Positions 53,271 to 64,000 of a stretch of 64,000 bases of DNA are shown here, one piece after another (within the stretch, counting starts at the first letter, position 1; each line of letters opens with the position of its first letter). Both the position numbers and the translations under genes were made by a program. Under the pieces are notes generated by a model, which was not told the origin of the DNA, did no database searches, and saw nothing but the letters and a program-made list of their open reading frames with translations. This DNA is from Hemiscyllium ocellatum (taxonomy: Eukaryota). The DNA lies in contig NW_026869307.1 in the NCBI RefSeq assembly GCF_020745735.1, forward strand, positions 62,001 through 126,000, read 5' to 3'.

Positions 53271-54793
53271 GAACTTTGTCCACCCCAAATCTTGAGTAGC
53301 AAAGTTATAAAGGATCTGCTAATATTGGGAATGATGGAAAATGGAATTTGCTTTGCACGTGCAGTGAAAAACCTGGATTGGTTCGATCTTGTGCAATGCA
53401 GCGACACATTAAAGGTCACTGATTGTAACTTTGACAAACCACAAGAAGTGATAGGTGACGCCTTCCACACTCTTATTCCTCTTATTGCTGTTGCCCACCC
53501 CTCACCCTTGCAAATCACCCACCCTGTTAGCCAAACAAGCTTACCAGCTTTAAAGCAGCAAATTGATGGGTGAGGGAATTTCAAAATCAGTTGTCCCATC
53601 ACTATGAAAATGTCCTATAATATTGTACCTGAACGACTCTTTACAGTCCAACACTTTATTAGTGCCGATATACTGCCAGATAAAAGTCAATATAGACATT
53701 GGTCAGACTTACATCTTGTTTATAACGGAAATCCAACGGTCCTCTGGTCAAACAAATTCTTGCACACAATGAAAGATTTTTAGCTAGCTCTTTTCAAATT
53801 CCTCTCTGCTTTATGAGGGATTGAACGTGGGCACGTACGATTTTCCTGAAGTCTTTTAAACGTCTTCAGTTCCCAAAACGTCTATTAGGCTCGAAATAAA
53901 TTGATTTACAATGCTGGAACCATGCACGTGTCTTTATATTATGCTCTGATTGGCACGTGTTACAACATCACAATGAAAGCTGCTCAACTCTGGTTGACAG
54001 TCCTGTTGATAGAATTGGATCTCTGGGATTGGACTCTCACTGGGCCAATCTTTGAGCATCAAGAACTAAATTGTTCCTGTCTTTCAGTAGGTTCATTCTA
54101 TCCTGTTCTATCCAACTCACTCAACCTACTGCAGTATAGTTTGATTAAATAAAAGGCCTTGCAGCCCAAATGCTATTTTCTACTTTGTTTTTGAATACAA
54201 TGATACTATATCTTGTTTACATTGGTGTAGCAGCTCCATCTCTGGAACATTCAAGTAATGTTTTCGCCTTCAATGTAGAAGCTAATTACATCTCTGTGCT
54301 TGTTAGGTTTGGCTGTTCTTTTATTGAAAACGGCAGGCATTAAACTCAAATAACTAAAGCAAAATTGGTTTCGGGACAAGTTGTGGAGTTTTGGATGCAG
54401 TGGCCTTCCTCCTGCCTACCGATCCCATGACATAGAAAACTATGTATGTTTATATATAGAAGACCATGTTTACTGAATGATGACTTTCATTTCAAATAGT
54501 ATCAGGTCTCGCAATGGTATGTAAAGATATTTGTGAAACTCTGCAAACTAACTCCAAAGTCAATGCCAATTTCGAAATGCACAAACAAGTGTATGTTTAC
54601 AAACCAGAACACTTGGTTTGAACTTAGTTTTCAACTTGTGACAAGTTGAAAATGGTTTTGGAAACTTTGCCCTCGGTGTGGTCAGCTCCTGACATTACGT
54701 GGGTTTTTTTTAATGGATTGGCCAGCAATTCTTCCATGTAGCATTTCCCAATAAACACAGATATTCCAGATATTTAGTTCTTAGCCTAACTGT

Positions 54794-55397
54794 TATTATG
54801 GACTCAGCCGGAACACTCAAAACATCCTTAAATAGGCAGCCCAGACCATAAATTTGCAACTTTTTTCGGTAAGTGTACAGTGAAAATTACTCACAGTAAG
54901 TTAGCTAGGTTGACAACTAAATTTTAAAACAGACACAACTTTATTCACAAAATTACACAATGGAACACAACGATCAGAATAAAGAACCCCTACAGAACTC
55001 AACCTATCTAACTAGACTTAATTATGCTTTTCTGAATATTTACAAGAGTCTCAATAAGTAAACTCTCTTTAAAGCCAGTATAATTCTAACACATGCTTAC
55101 AGATTGAAGTTGTAGGACAGAAAAGAGAGAGAGAGTTTTCACACAGCTTCCTATTGAATTTCCAACTAGTTCAAAGTTGAACTAAAACTGCTCAGCTCAG
55201 TTAGCTAAAGAGCTGACACTCCCCTTTCTTTACACACGTCACTTCTCATTTGTTTACATAGAAGTAAAAGGCCTCTCAAAATTCTTTTCATCTCTGTACC
55301 AAACCAGACTGATTGGAGCCCGGCTCGGTTTATTGATACTTTGAAAAGAAAATTAAGGACACAGCTTTTAGGAAAAAAAAGGACTAGCTTTGTGACA
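54794..55397 (-). repeat. 3' LTR
   Basis: Ends gtgaca on the plus strand; aligns with 60078-60713. Confidence 0.85.
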
Positions 55398-58300
55398 CCT
55401 CCCCCGTTAAAAAAAATGAACGATCAATCCCAGAGAATGGCTTCATTTTTAACCCTTCAAAACTCAGTTCATAGACTAAACACACATATATACAATATTA
55501 ACGATAAACATGCAAATATGCACAACCACATGCAAATTCAGGCTGCGGTGCACCGACCACTGAATGCCTCCATATCTCATTCGAATCTGGTAACACATCA
55601 GCAATAATATTTTTGTAACATCGCACATGCCCAATTATCAAATTGAATGGCTGCAACACCAAGCTCCATCTGAACAGTCTGGCAATTTTTTTCTTAAATC
55701 TTTCCACAAATGCCAATGGGTTGTGATCAGTGTGTACGATTATCACAGATGCATTGCTGGTAATATAAACACTGAAAATGCCAACACCAAGCTTAAAGTC
55801 TCTTTCTCCACTATTGAATATTTCTGCTGATGCACATTCAACTTTCTGGAAAAATACCCGATGGGTCTTTCTATCCCTTCATCATCCTCCTGCAGGAGCA
55901 ACACACCAGCACCCACATCTCTGGCATTGAAAGGTTTCGTGTAATCTGGTGCAGCTAATACTGGGGCAGTGGTTAACACAGTTATTAGGCTGTCAAATGC
56001 CTTTTGACAGTCCACTGTCCAATTCAACCTCTTGCCTTTTTTTAAACAATTCAGTGAGTGGAACAGCTACACTGCTAAAGTTCAGTGCAACCTTGCGGTA
56101 AAATCCACTCATCTCCAGGAATTGTGGTACTGCTTTTTTGTTGACGGAGTGGGAAATCCCCGAATTACTTTCATTTTTGCATCTCGTAGTACCGTTTGTC
56201 CATGTTCAATAACATGGCCCAGGAAAGTGACTTGAGCGTTCGCAAATTCACTTTTACCTAGGTTCACCACCAATGCCTTCCGAAGTCATTTGAATAAGTC
56301 TGCTACATGCTGCACATGCTCCTTCCATAAGGAACTAACATGGCTGTTGGCGAGGTCCAGTCACTGCAAATCACTTCGATTATGCCATCTTGGAACATGC
56401 AATCTATCTCCTTCTGAACCTGTGCCAACTTTAGAGGATTATGCCCATAAGGATGTTGCTTAATCAGTACAGCATCCCCTATATTTACATCATGCACAAT
56501 TAGGTTAGTACTTCCCGGTTTATTTCTGTATATATCTCTCTACGTGATAGTAATAACTTTTTCAGGTCATTTCGATTTTCTTGTGGAAGGTAACTTAATA
56601 ATTTATCCCAATTTTTGAAAACTTCCTCATTGTTCAATATGGTTTGAGGAATGTCCAATTCAGAATCCTCTGAACTTGGTTCGTCGTTCTGTGATGTGAT
56701 CATTAACACCTTCTCCTCTTGCTATCCTTCCCTTCAAAACACCTTTGTGGGATACTCACATGACACTCTGTGAGATTTCTTCCTGTCTGGAGTTCTTATC
56801 AAGTCAATCACCATACTCAATTTCTTCTCAATTTGATATGGTCCACTAAAGCTTACTTTTGAAGACTCACCTAAAACTGGAAGTAACACCAATACCAACA
56901 CTATTTACCAATTGCAAAATAGTGAATTTGTGATTTACTTTTCGATTCCTGTTTTTTTGTGTATGCTGTGATACTTTTAAATGCTGTCTAGCCAACTCTC
57001 CAGCTTGACTTAATGGTTCTCTAAAATTTGATGTATAGTCCAAATGGGTAGTCTCTGAATTCTGACTTATTAATTTCTCCTCAGTCAATATTAATAGTCC
57101 TCTTACTTCATGCCCCAAAATTAATTCAAGTGGATTGAATTTGGTTAAGGAATTCAGTGCACCTCTGATCACAAAAAGTACAAATGGAACTCCCTTATCC
57201 AAATCATCTGGATAATCCTAGCCATAAACCCTCAACATGGTATTTAGTGTTTGATGCTATTTCTCTAGTGCTCCTGTTATTCGGATGATATGCAATAGAT
57301 TTGAATAGCTTTATTCCCAAGTTGTTCATAACCTCCTTGAATCGTTTGGATGTGAAGTTTGATCCTTGATCTGACTGGATCTCTATTGGTAGTCTGTATC
57401 TAGTTAAAACAAAATTCTTCTGGAAACCTTTAAGCTGTGATGTTGCGTAATGGGATTGCCTCTGGAAATTTAGTCGATACATCCACTATTGTTAGTAAGT
57501 GCTTATTCTCACTTTTTGTTCGAGACAGCGGCCTTCGCAATTAATAATGACTCTTGTGAAAGGTTCCTCAAATGCTGGAATATTTATAAAAGGTGCAGGT
57601 TTTATTACTGCCTGTACTTTTCCAATTAGCTGACATGTATGACACGTCTGGCAAAATTCAACTACATCCGGGCTAGTAAAAATGTCTTTGTATTTTAGCC
57701 TGTGTTTTCCTCACCACTAAATGACATCCAAGTAGAAATTCATGCGCCACTGGCAGCACTTCCTTTGTATACCCTACTGGCAAAACAATTTTATGAATCC
57801 CTGCCTACCTCTCATCTGCTTGGATGTGTATTGGTCTCTGTTCCCTCAATAAGAACATCATTTGTTAAGTAATAACACACTGGGATGCACTCACTTTCTT
57901 TCTCAAAGAAAATATCTTTCAATATAACTGTTTTAACTCCTCATCTTTCGGCTGCAATTCAGTAAGCTTAGCAGATGCTTGCATATTTACTTATTTGCTC
58001 CTCCTCCGTTCAACTTATCTGATCAAAAAAAAAGATTTGGATAATGCTATGTCAGTATCCTTGTCTATGCCTTTTGCTTCAACTGCAATCTTGTGATCAA
58101 ACAATTCGGGAAAAAAAAACTTGGATAAACCTTCTCCATATCTTCAGTTGCCTGCATCTCTACTGGCTTTTCACCTAGAGTAGGCCGCATACCTAGCGTT
58201 GAATTAACCGTATCATTTGCAAGGAGAAATTGTATTCCTGGAGCTGAGAGTTTGTCCAGTACACCTACCACAAATTCTCCACTCTTCTGTGGACTCTCTA

Positions 58301-59085
58301 GCTTCACTTTACATAATTGAGAACTTTTTGTCTCATCATGAATGTCTGTTATGTGTACCTTTTCTGGCAATAGTTCCTCAGGAATGCATATTTCTGCACC
58401 CTTTAGCATTACAGACTGAAAGAATCCAATGCCCATTAATACTATTCCTGGCTTATGTGAATAAACTTTATGCTTGCTGGTGTATTTTTAAGCAGATCTG
58501 GCATTTCCTCTGTAATCAAGCTCTGATCATCTTGGACACTCTGAAGTTGTATAACTTCCCTGTGCTTTTTGTTACCAGTGCAACAATACTTTCAGCTTGT
58601 CTGGTTTTCCTACATCTGGTTTCCTCTTAGCCCACCAACACTGTGATTTCGTGTGGCCCACTTTATTACAATGAACACACTGGAGCCTTTTAGCTTCTTT
58701 GTCCTCCTCAAGAGTTTCTTTTTAACCCTGTAATAAGTTATCCCAATGATCTTTACTGAGATTTACCTTTCCCTTACCATGTGAAGATTTCTCGTTGCCC
58801 CAATTTCTATCCCTCATGGACTGAAATTGATTCTGGTTGTCAAACTGAGTTTTGTGGACGAGCTCGGAATCATCAGCTACTTCAGCTGCCAACCTTGCTG
58901 TTTTAAACCTCTGCTCTTCCACATGAGTTCACACTACTTCAGGCAGTAAATTTTTAAATTCTAAACTAATTAACTCTCTAAGGGCATCATAGGTTTGCTC
59001 GATTTTTAAAGCTTTTACCTATCTATTGAAATTACTCTGTTTGATCCTTTCAAACTCAATATGGATTTGACCAGGGTCACTCCTT

Positions 59086-59371
59086 AGATTCCTGAAACGT
59101 TGTCTATACGCTTCTGGAACAGACTCATATGCACTTATAATTTTTTCACCTCCTTGTACTCCCCAGATACCTCCTGTGATAGAGATGCAAATACCTCACT
59201 AGCCCTACCTTCAAGTTTCGTTTGGATTCAGATTCCTGAAACGTTGTCTATTCGCTTCTGGAACAGACTCATATGCACTTTTAATTTTTTCACCTCCTTG
59301 TACTCCCCAGATACCTCCTGTGATAGAGATGCAAATAACTCACTAGCCCTACCTACAAGTTTCGTTTGGAT
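59086..59371. repeat. 144-bp tandem duplication inside Gypsy gag
   Basis: Units start at 59086 and 59230; 4 mismatches counted. Confidence 0.92.
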
Positions 59372-60077
59372 CAACAAAACCCACATTGCCACTGGCCATT
59401 ACATTTGTTAAGCCACCTTTTCAAATGAGATAAAAAAAGACTTCCACAGCCTTCTTATCAACTTTAGGAAATGCTTGAACATACTTAAACAGTTTCTCAC
59501 CAGGCTTCTGACTACCAGGTACTTGCTCATCCTTACTCTCTTCCTCACTAAGTCTACCCTCAGCCTTTATCTCCAGCCTTTTAAGTTGAGTTTCCTTTTG
59601 AAGTGTCAATTTTTCAAGTTGAAAAGCTCTATTTTACTTTCTCTGCTCTCTCTTTTTCCCTCTCTTCTGCTTCTAATCACCAGTCAACCTGTTTCATTTT
59701 AGCAGCCCTTTCCTGAGCTCTTGCCTCTAACTCAAGCTGCTTCATTTGCATTTGAATTCCTGCCATCTCTATAGATTCTGATGGTTTCTCTAGGAAGTTT
59801 AAATTCTGAGATACTGCTGTAATTATCTCTCCTTTCCTCACAGAAGCAGGCAGTTTCATTTTCAGCATCTCTGCTAATTCCTGCTGCTGGTCTCATTTAC
59901 TTTTGCAAAACATCTACAGTCACCGCATTCACTTCCAGAAAACTTTTGGGGACTGAAAGAGCCATTACTTTGACTGAAAGAGAGTTTAGCTTTGTCTACC
60001 AAACCAAACCAACACCCAAAATGTAGAAAATAGCACCTCCCACTCACTGTTTAAAGTCCTGCAAAGAGCCCACCATC

Positions 60078-60713
60078 TATTAAAAACTAGGTCAGACCAT
60101 TCAAGACATTCTTAAGCAGGCAGCCCCAGACCATAAATTTGCAATTTGTTCTGCTAAGTCTACTTTCAAAATTGCCTGGAGTAAATTAGCTAGGTTGACT
60201 ACTAGATTTTAAAACAGAGAAAAAGTAATTCACAAAATTACACAATGAAACACAAAGAACAGAGTAAAGGACTCATACAGAACTCAACATATCCAACTAG
60301 ACTAAATTATGCCCTTCCAAATATACACAATTATCCCTTAAAAACCAGTATAAATGGAACACATGCTTACAGGTTGAGATCGTAGGGCAGAAAAGGGAGC
60401 GAAAGTTTCCACACAGCTCCCTGTAGAACGTCCAACTAGTTCAAGATTGAACTAAAACTGCTCAGCTCTGCTAGAGTGCTGACTAACCCCCCTTTCTTTA
60501 CACAGGTCACTTCTACAACGTGACCACTTTGGCCTGAAGTCTCATCTGTTTACATGTAAGCAAAAGGCCTCTCAAAATCCTTTTAATCTCTGCACCGAAC
60601 CAAACTGATCAGAGCCCGGCCCAGTTTATTGCCCCTCTGAAAAATATCAAAGTCAGAGTCTCCTTGAGCCAAAGAACAACTTCTGGGGAAAAAAATTAAC
60701 TAGCTTCGTGACA
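60078..60713 (-). repeat. 5' LTR
   Basis: Ends gtgaca on the plus strand; aligns with 54794-55397. Confidence 0.85.
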
Positions 60714-60846
60714 TTGTAATGCATGTTAATAGCAATTGGTTCATGTTTTATAATGCATAACGAAATACAATGCACCAGCATCCATTACTATCTTCCATCT
60801 TCCCAATATATCTAGAGTCTCAGCTGCGCCGATTTCTTCATCACGT

Positions 60847-60951
60847 TTATTTCTGCACATTGTTCTGTTGTTTGGGTTTTGATGCTTTCTTGGAATCAGT
60901 TATTTGCAGAGCAACATTAACCAGCTTTTTATCTTCTCTTCCTTCATTGGT
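60847..60951 (-). pseudogene. Gene B terminal exon paralog with Tyr motifs lost (TNEGREDKKLVNVALQITDSKKASKPKQQNNVQK*)
   Basis: Aligns codon by codon with 27949-27809 and has the same ttcacag acceptor. Y to N in the ITIM; about 10-nt deletion plus TAT to TGT at the second motif. Confidence 0.8.
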
Positions 60952-61325
60952 CTGTGAAAGTAAAATTAAATATCGCCCGGTAGTCCATCGGCGACTCATC
61001 CACAGAGACAGTCGAGGTTTTAGTAAAAAGGCTTCAGTGGAATTTCGTCTCATCAATTTCCAACTTCAGGTTGTAACTGGGTTTTGTATTACTTTCTATC
61101 TGCCATATCTCTTCATGATATAGCCCAACCATAAAAATTCTTGTTATTCTGGTTTCAACGTCTTGCAAAATGAGTTAGGATTTAAGGGAACCGGTTAGTA
61201 CTTCAACTAAAGTTGCAAAGACATTAAACGCTGGTGTGCTAAAAGTATTTGCAATGCTGACATTGCAATACATTCCTTTCAAGTTCCAGTTGCGGAGCTG
61301 TGACGGCCAATAAAATCTATTCATC

Positions 61326-61460
61326 CAATGGAGAGGCCTCAAGTCATACTTTGTAACTGCCTTTACTACACCGCTTCTGACTTTCCAGACCATGGGACGC
61401 AGGGTGAATATGGCGAACTTTGGCTGAAATGTTCGGATCCAGTACAGCGAGGATGTTAAA
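61326..61460 (-). pseudogene. Gene B remnant of cytoplasmic exon 4
   Basis: CTGSEHFSQSSPYSP matches CTGPDHLGQGSPYSP of gene A. Has a +1 frameshift, donor GT to GA at 61324, and its 5' end is replaced by a CR1 3' tail. Confidence 0.75.
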
Positions 61461-64000
61461 CATAGAACATAGAACATAGAAAAATACAGCGCAGTACAGG
61501 CCCTCTGGCCCTCGATATTGCGCCGACCCAAGCCCACCGAACCGACATTAGCCCATTATCCTCCATATGCCTGTCCAATGCACGTTTAAATGCCCATAAA
61601 GAGTGAGAGTGCACCACTGCTACTGGCAGGGCATTCCATGAACTCACGACTCGCTGAGTAAAGAATCTACCCCTAACATCTCCTATACCTACCTCCCCAT
61701 AATTAGAAGCTATGTCCCCTCGTAATAGCTGACTCCATACGTGGAAAAAGGTTCTCATTGTCAACCCTAACTAAACCCCTAATCATCTTGTACACCTCTA
61801 TCAAGTCACCCCTAAACCTTCTTTTCTCCAATGAAAACAGCCCCAATTGCATCAGTGTTTCCTCATACGATCTTCCAACCATACCAGGCAACATCCTGGT
61901 AAACCTCCTCTGCACCCGTTCCAGTGCCTCCACATCCTTCCTATAGTATGGCGACCAAAACTGCACACAATACTCCAGATGCGGCCTCACCAGAGTCTTA
62001 TACAACTGCAACATGACCTCAGGACTACGGAACTCAATTCCTCTACCAATGAAAGCCAGTATGCCATATTCCTTCTTCACAGCACTATTTACCAGGGTGG
62101 CAACTTTCAGAGATCTATATACATAGACACCAAGATCCCTCTGCTCATCCACACTACCAAGTATCCGACCATTAGCCCAGTACTTCATCTTCTTGTTACT
62201 CTTACCAAATGAATCACTTCACACTTACCTACATTGAACTCCATTTGCCACTTTTCTGCCCAGCTCTGCAGCTTATCTATATCCTGTTGTAACCTGTCAC
62301 ATTCTTCCTCACTGTCAACAACTCCACTGACTTTCATATCATCTGCAAACTTGCTCTCCCAACCTTCTAGCCCATCCTCCCGGTCATTTATAAAAATGAC
62401 AAACAGCAATGGTCCCAAAACAGATCCTTGTGGAACACCGCTAGTAACTGCACTCCAAGATGAACCTTCACCATCAACTACTACCCTCTGTCTTCTTCCA
62501 GCCAGCCAATTTCCTAATCCAAACCTCTAACGCACCCTCAATGCCACACCTCCATATTTTCTGCAGTAGCCTACCATGGGGAACCTTATCAAACACCTCA
62601 CTAAAATCCACATACACCACATCTACCGCTTTGCCCTCGTCCACTTCCTTAGTCACCTTCTCAAAGAATTCAATAAAGTTTGTGAGGCACGACCTGCCCT
62701 TCACAAAGCCATGCTGACTATCCTTGATCACATCATTTCTATCCAGATGTTCATACATCCTATCCCTTACAATTCTCTCTAAGACTTTGCCCACAACAGA
62801 AGTGAAACTCACCGACCTATAGTTACTAGGGTTATCCCTACTCCCCTACTTGAATAAGGGAACCACATTTGCTACCCTCCCGTCTTCTGGCACTATTCCT
62901 GTTGACAACGAGGACATAAAAATCAAGTCCAATGGCTCTGCAATCTCCTCCCTTGCTTCCCAGAGAATCCTAGGATAAATGCCATCAGGCCCAGGGGACT
63001 TATCTATATTCACCCTTTCCAGAATTTTCAACACCTCCTCCCTACATACCTCAAAGCCATCCATTCTAATTAATTGTGACTCAATATTCACATCGGCAAC
63101 AATGTCCTGTTCCTGAGTGAATACTGACGAAAAGTATTCAGTCAGTGTCTCTCCAATCTCTTCAGCCTTCACGCACAACTTCCCACTACTATCCTTGACT
63201 GGACCTATTACTACCCTAGTCAATCTTTTATTCCTGACATAACTATAGAAAGCCTTTGTGTTTTCCCTAATCCTACCAACCAAGGACTTTTCATGTCCCC
63301 TCCTTGCTGCTCTTAGCTCTCTCCTTAGATCCTTCCTGGCTACCTTATAACTCTCAATCGCCCCAATTGAACCTTCACGCCTCATCTTTAGATTGGCCAC
63401 CCTCTTCCCTTTAACAAGGGATTCCAATTCCTTATTAAATCACGGCTCCCTCGCACGACCCTTTCCTCCCTGCCTGACAGGTACATACTTATCAAGGACA
63501 GTGAATAGCTGCTCCATGAATAAGCTCCACATATCGATTGTGCCCTACCCTTGAAACCTATATTTCCAAGCCACGCATTCTAAGTCATGCCTCACTGCAT
63601 CATAATTTCCCTGCCCCCACCTATAACTCTTACCCTGCAGTGCACACTTATCCTTCTTCATCACTAGAGTAAATGTCATCAAATTGTGGTCACTATCCTC
63701 AGAGTACTCACCTACCTCCAATTCTAACACCTGGCCTGGTTCATTACCCAGAACCAAATCCGTATGGCCTCACCTCTTGTTGGCCTGTCTACATATTGTG
63801 TCAGGAAACCCTCCTGCACAAATTGGACAAACACCGACCCACCTAACGTCCTTGAGCTATAGCTTTCCCGGTCAATATCTGGATAGTTAAAGTCCTCCAT
63901 AACAACCACCCTATTACTTTCACTCTTCTTCTGAATCATCCTCTTCGTCCTTTATTCTATGTCTCTAGGACTATTAGGTGGCCTCTCCTGCGCGCCTTTA
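61459..64000 (-). mobile_element. CR1 LINE ORF2 (APE end, RT, 3' tail), cut by the window edge
   Basis: VMEDFNYP, YVDFSEVFDKVPH, FADDMKVSG, YKTLVRPHLEYCVQFWSP; (CTATGTT)n tail at 61459-61481; frameshifts. Confidence 0.95.

Larger units (their letters stand above)
54794..60713 (-). mobile_element. Gypsy LTR retrotransposon, Gmr1-like (gag-PR-IN-RT-RNase H), defective
   Basis: Two diverged LTRs, PPT ttttttttaacgggggagg next to the 3' LTR, degenerate PBS tggtgggctc at about 60076, 4-bp TSD ctgt/ttgt. Integrase (IQSDQGSNFTS, AYHP) lies upstream of RT (DWTSP) and RNase H (IGYFSRKL, EKETLSL). Confidence 0.92.
44785..61460. repeat. Segmental duplication copy 2 (paralogous to about 11670-28500)
   Basis: Same anchors as copy 1, same orientation, very roughly 70-80% identity by eye. 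Confidence 0.9.

Noticed and set aside
1-64000. CRISPR array, rRNA or prokaryotic operon
   Set aside because: No regularly spaced repeat-spacer array or rRNA-like sequence; the window is intron-rich vertebrate DNA.

Overview
Vertebrate genomic DNA, inferred to be elasmobranch (shark) from HE1-type SINEs, CR1 LINEs with microsatellite tails, Penelope-like elements and Gmr1-type Gypsy elements. Most ORF-track entries are transposon fragments or noise. Among the repeats lies a minus-strand tandem cluster of Ig-superfamily receptor genes, reconstructed here by hand from splice sites and exon phases. Gene A (ATG 37978 to stop 27809) looks intact: leader, V domain with J-like G strand, C1 domain, uncharged TM, and a long tail ending in an ITIM (LMYATL) and an ITSM-like motif (TLYAGI); about 404-417 aa. 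Module C (9380-8923) is a paralogous TM exon with an Arg in the outer part of the helix plus a short Tyr-free tail exon, the signature of an activating receptor; I could not find its own ectodomain exons. Gene B (60847-61460, continuing beyond the window) is a paralogous tail in which both Tyr motifs are destroyed, a donor is lost and a CR1 LINE sits inside an exon. About 11.7-28.5 kb and 44.8-61.5 kb are two diverged copies of one tandem duplication (period about 33 kb) with copy-specific insertions. These include a Penelope-like fold-back insertion with a 13-bp target-site duplication and minimal hammerhead-ribozyme motifs, and a Gypsy element with integrase placed before RT. Together this looks like a paired inhibitory/activating V-C1 receptor family in birth-and-death evolution.
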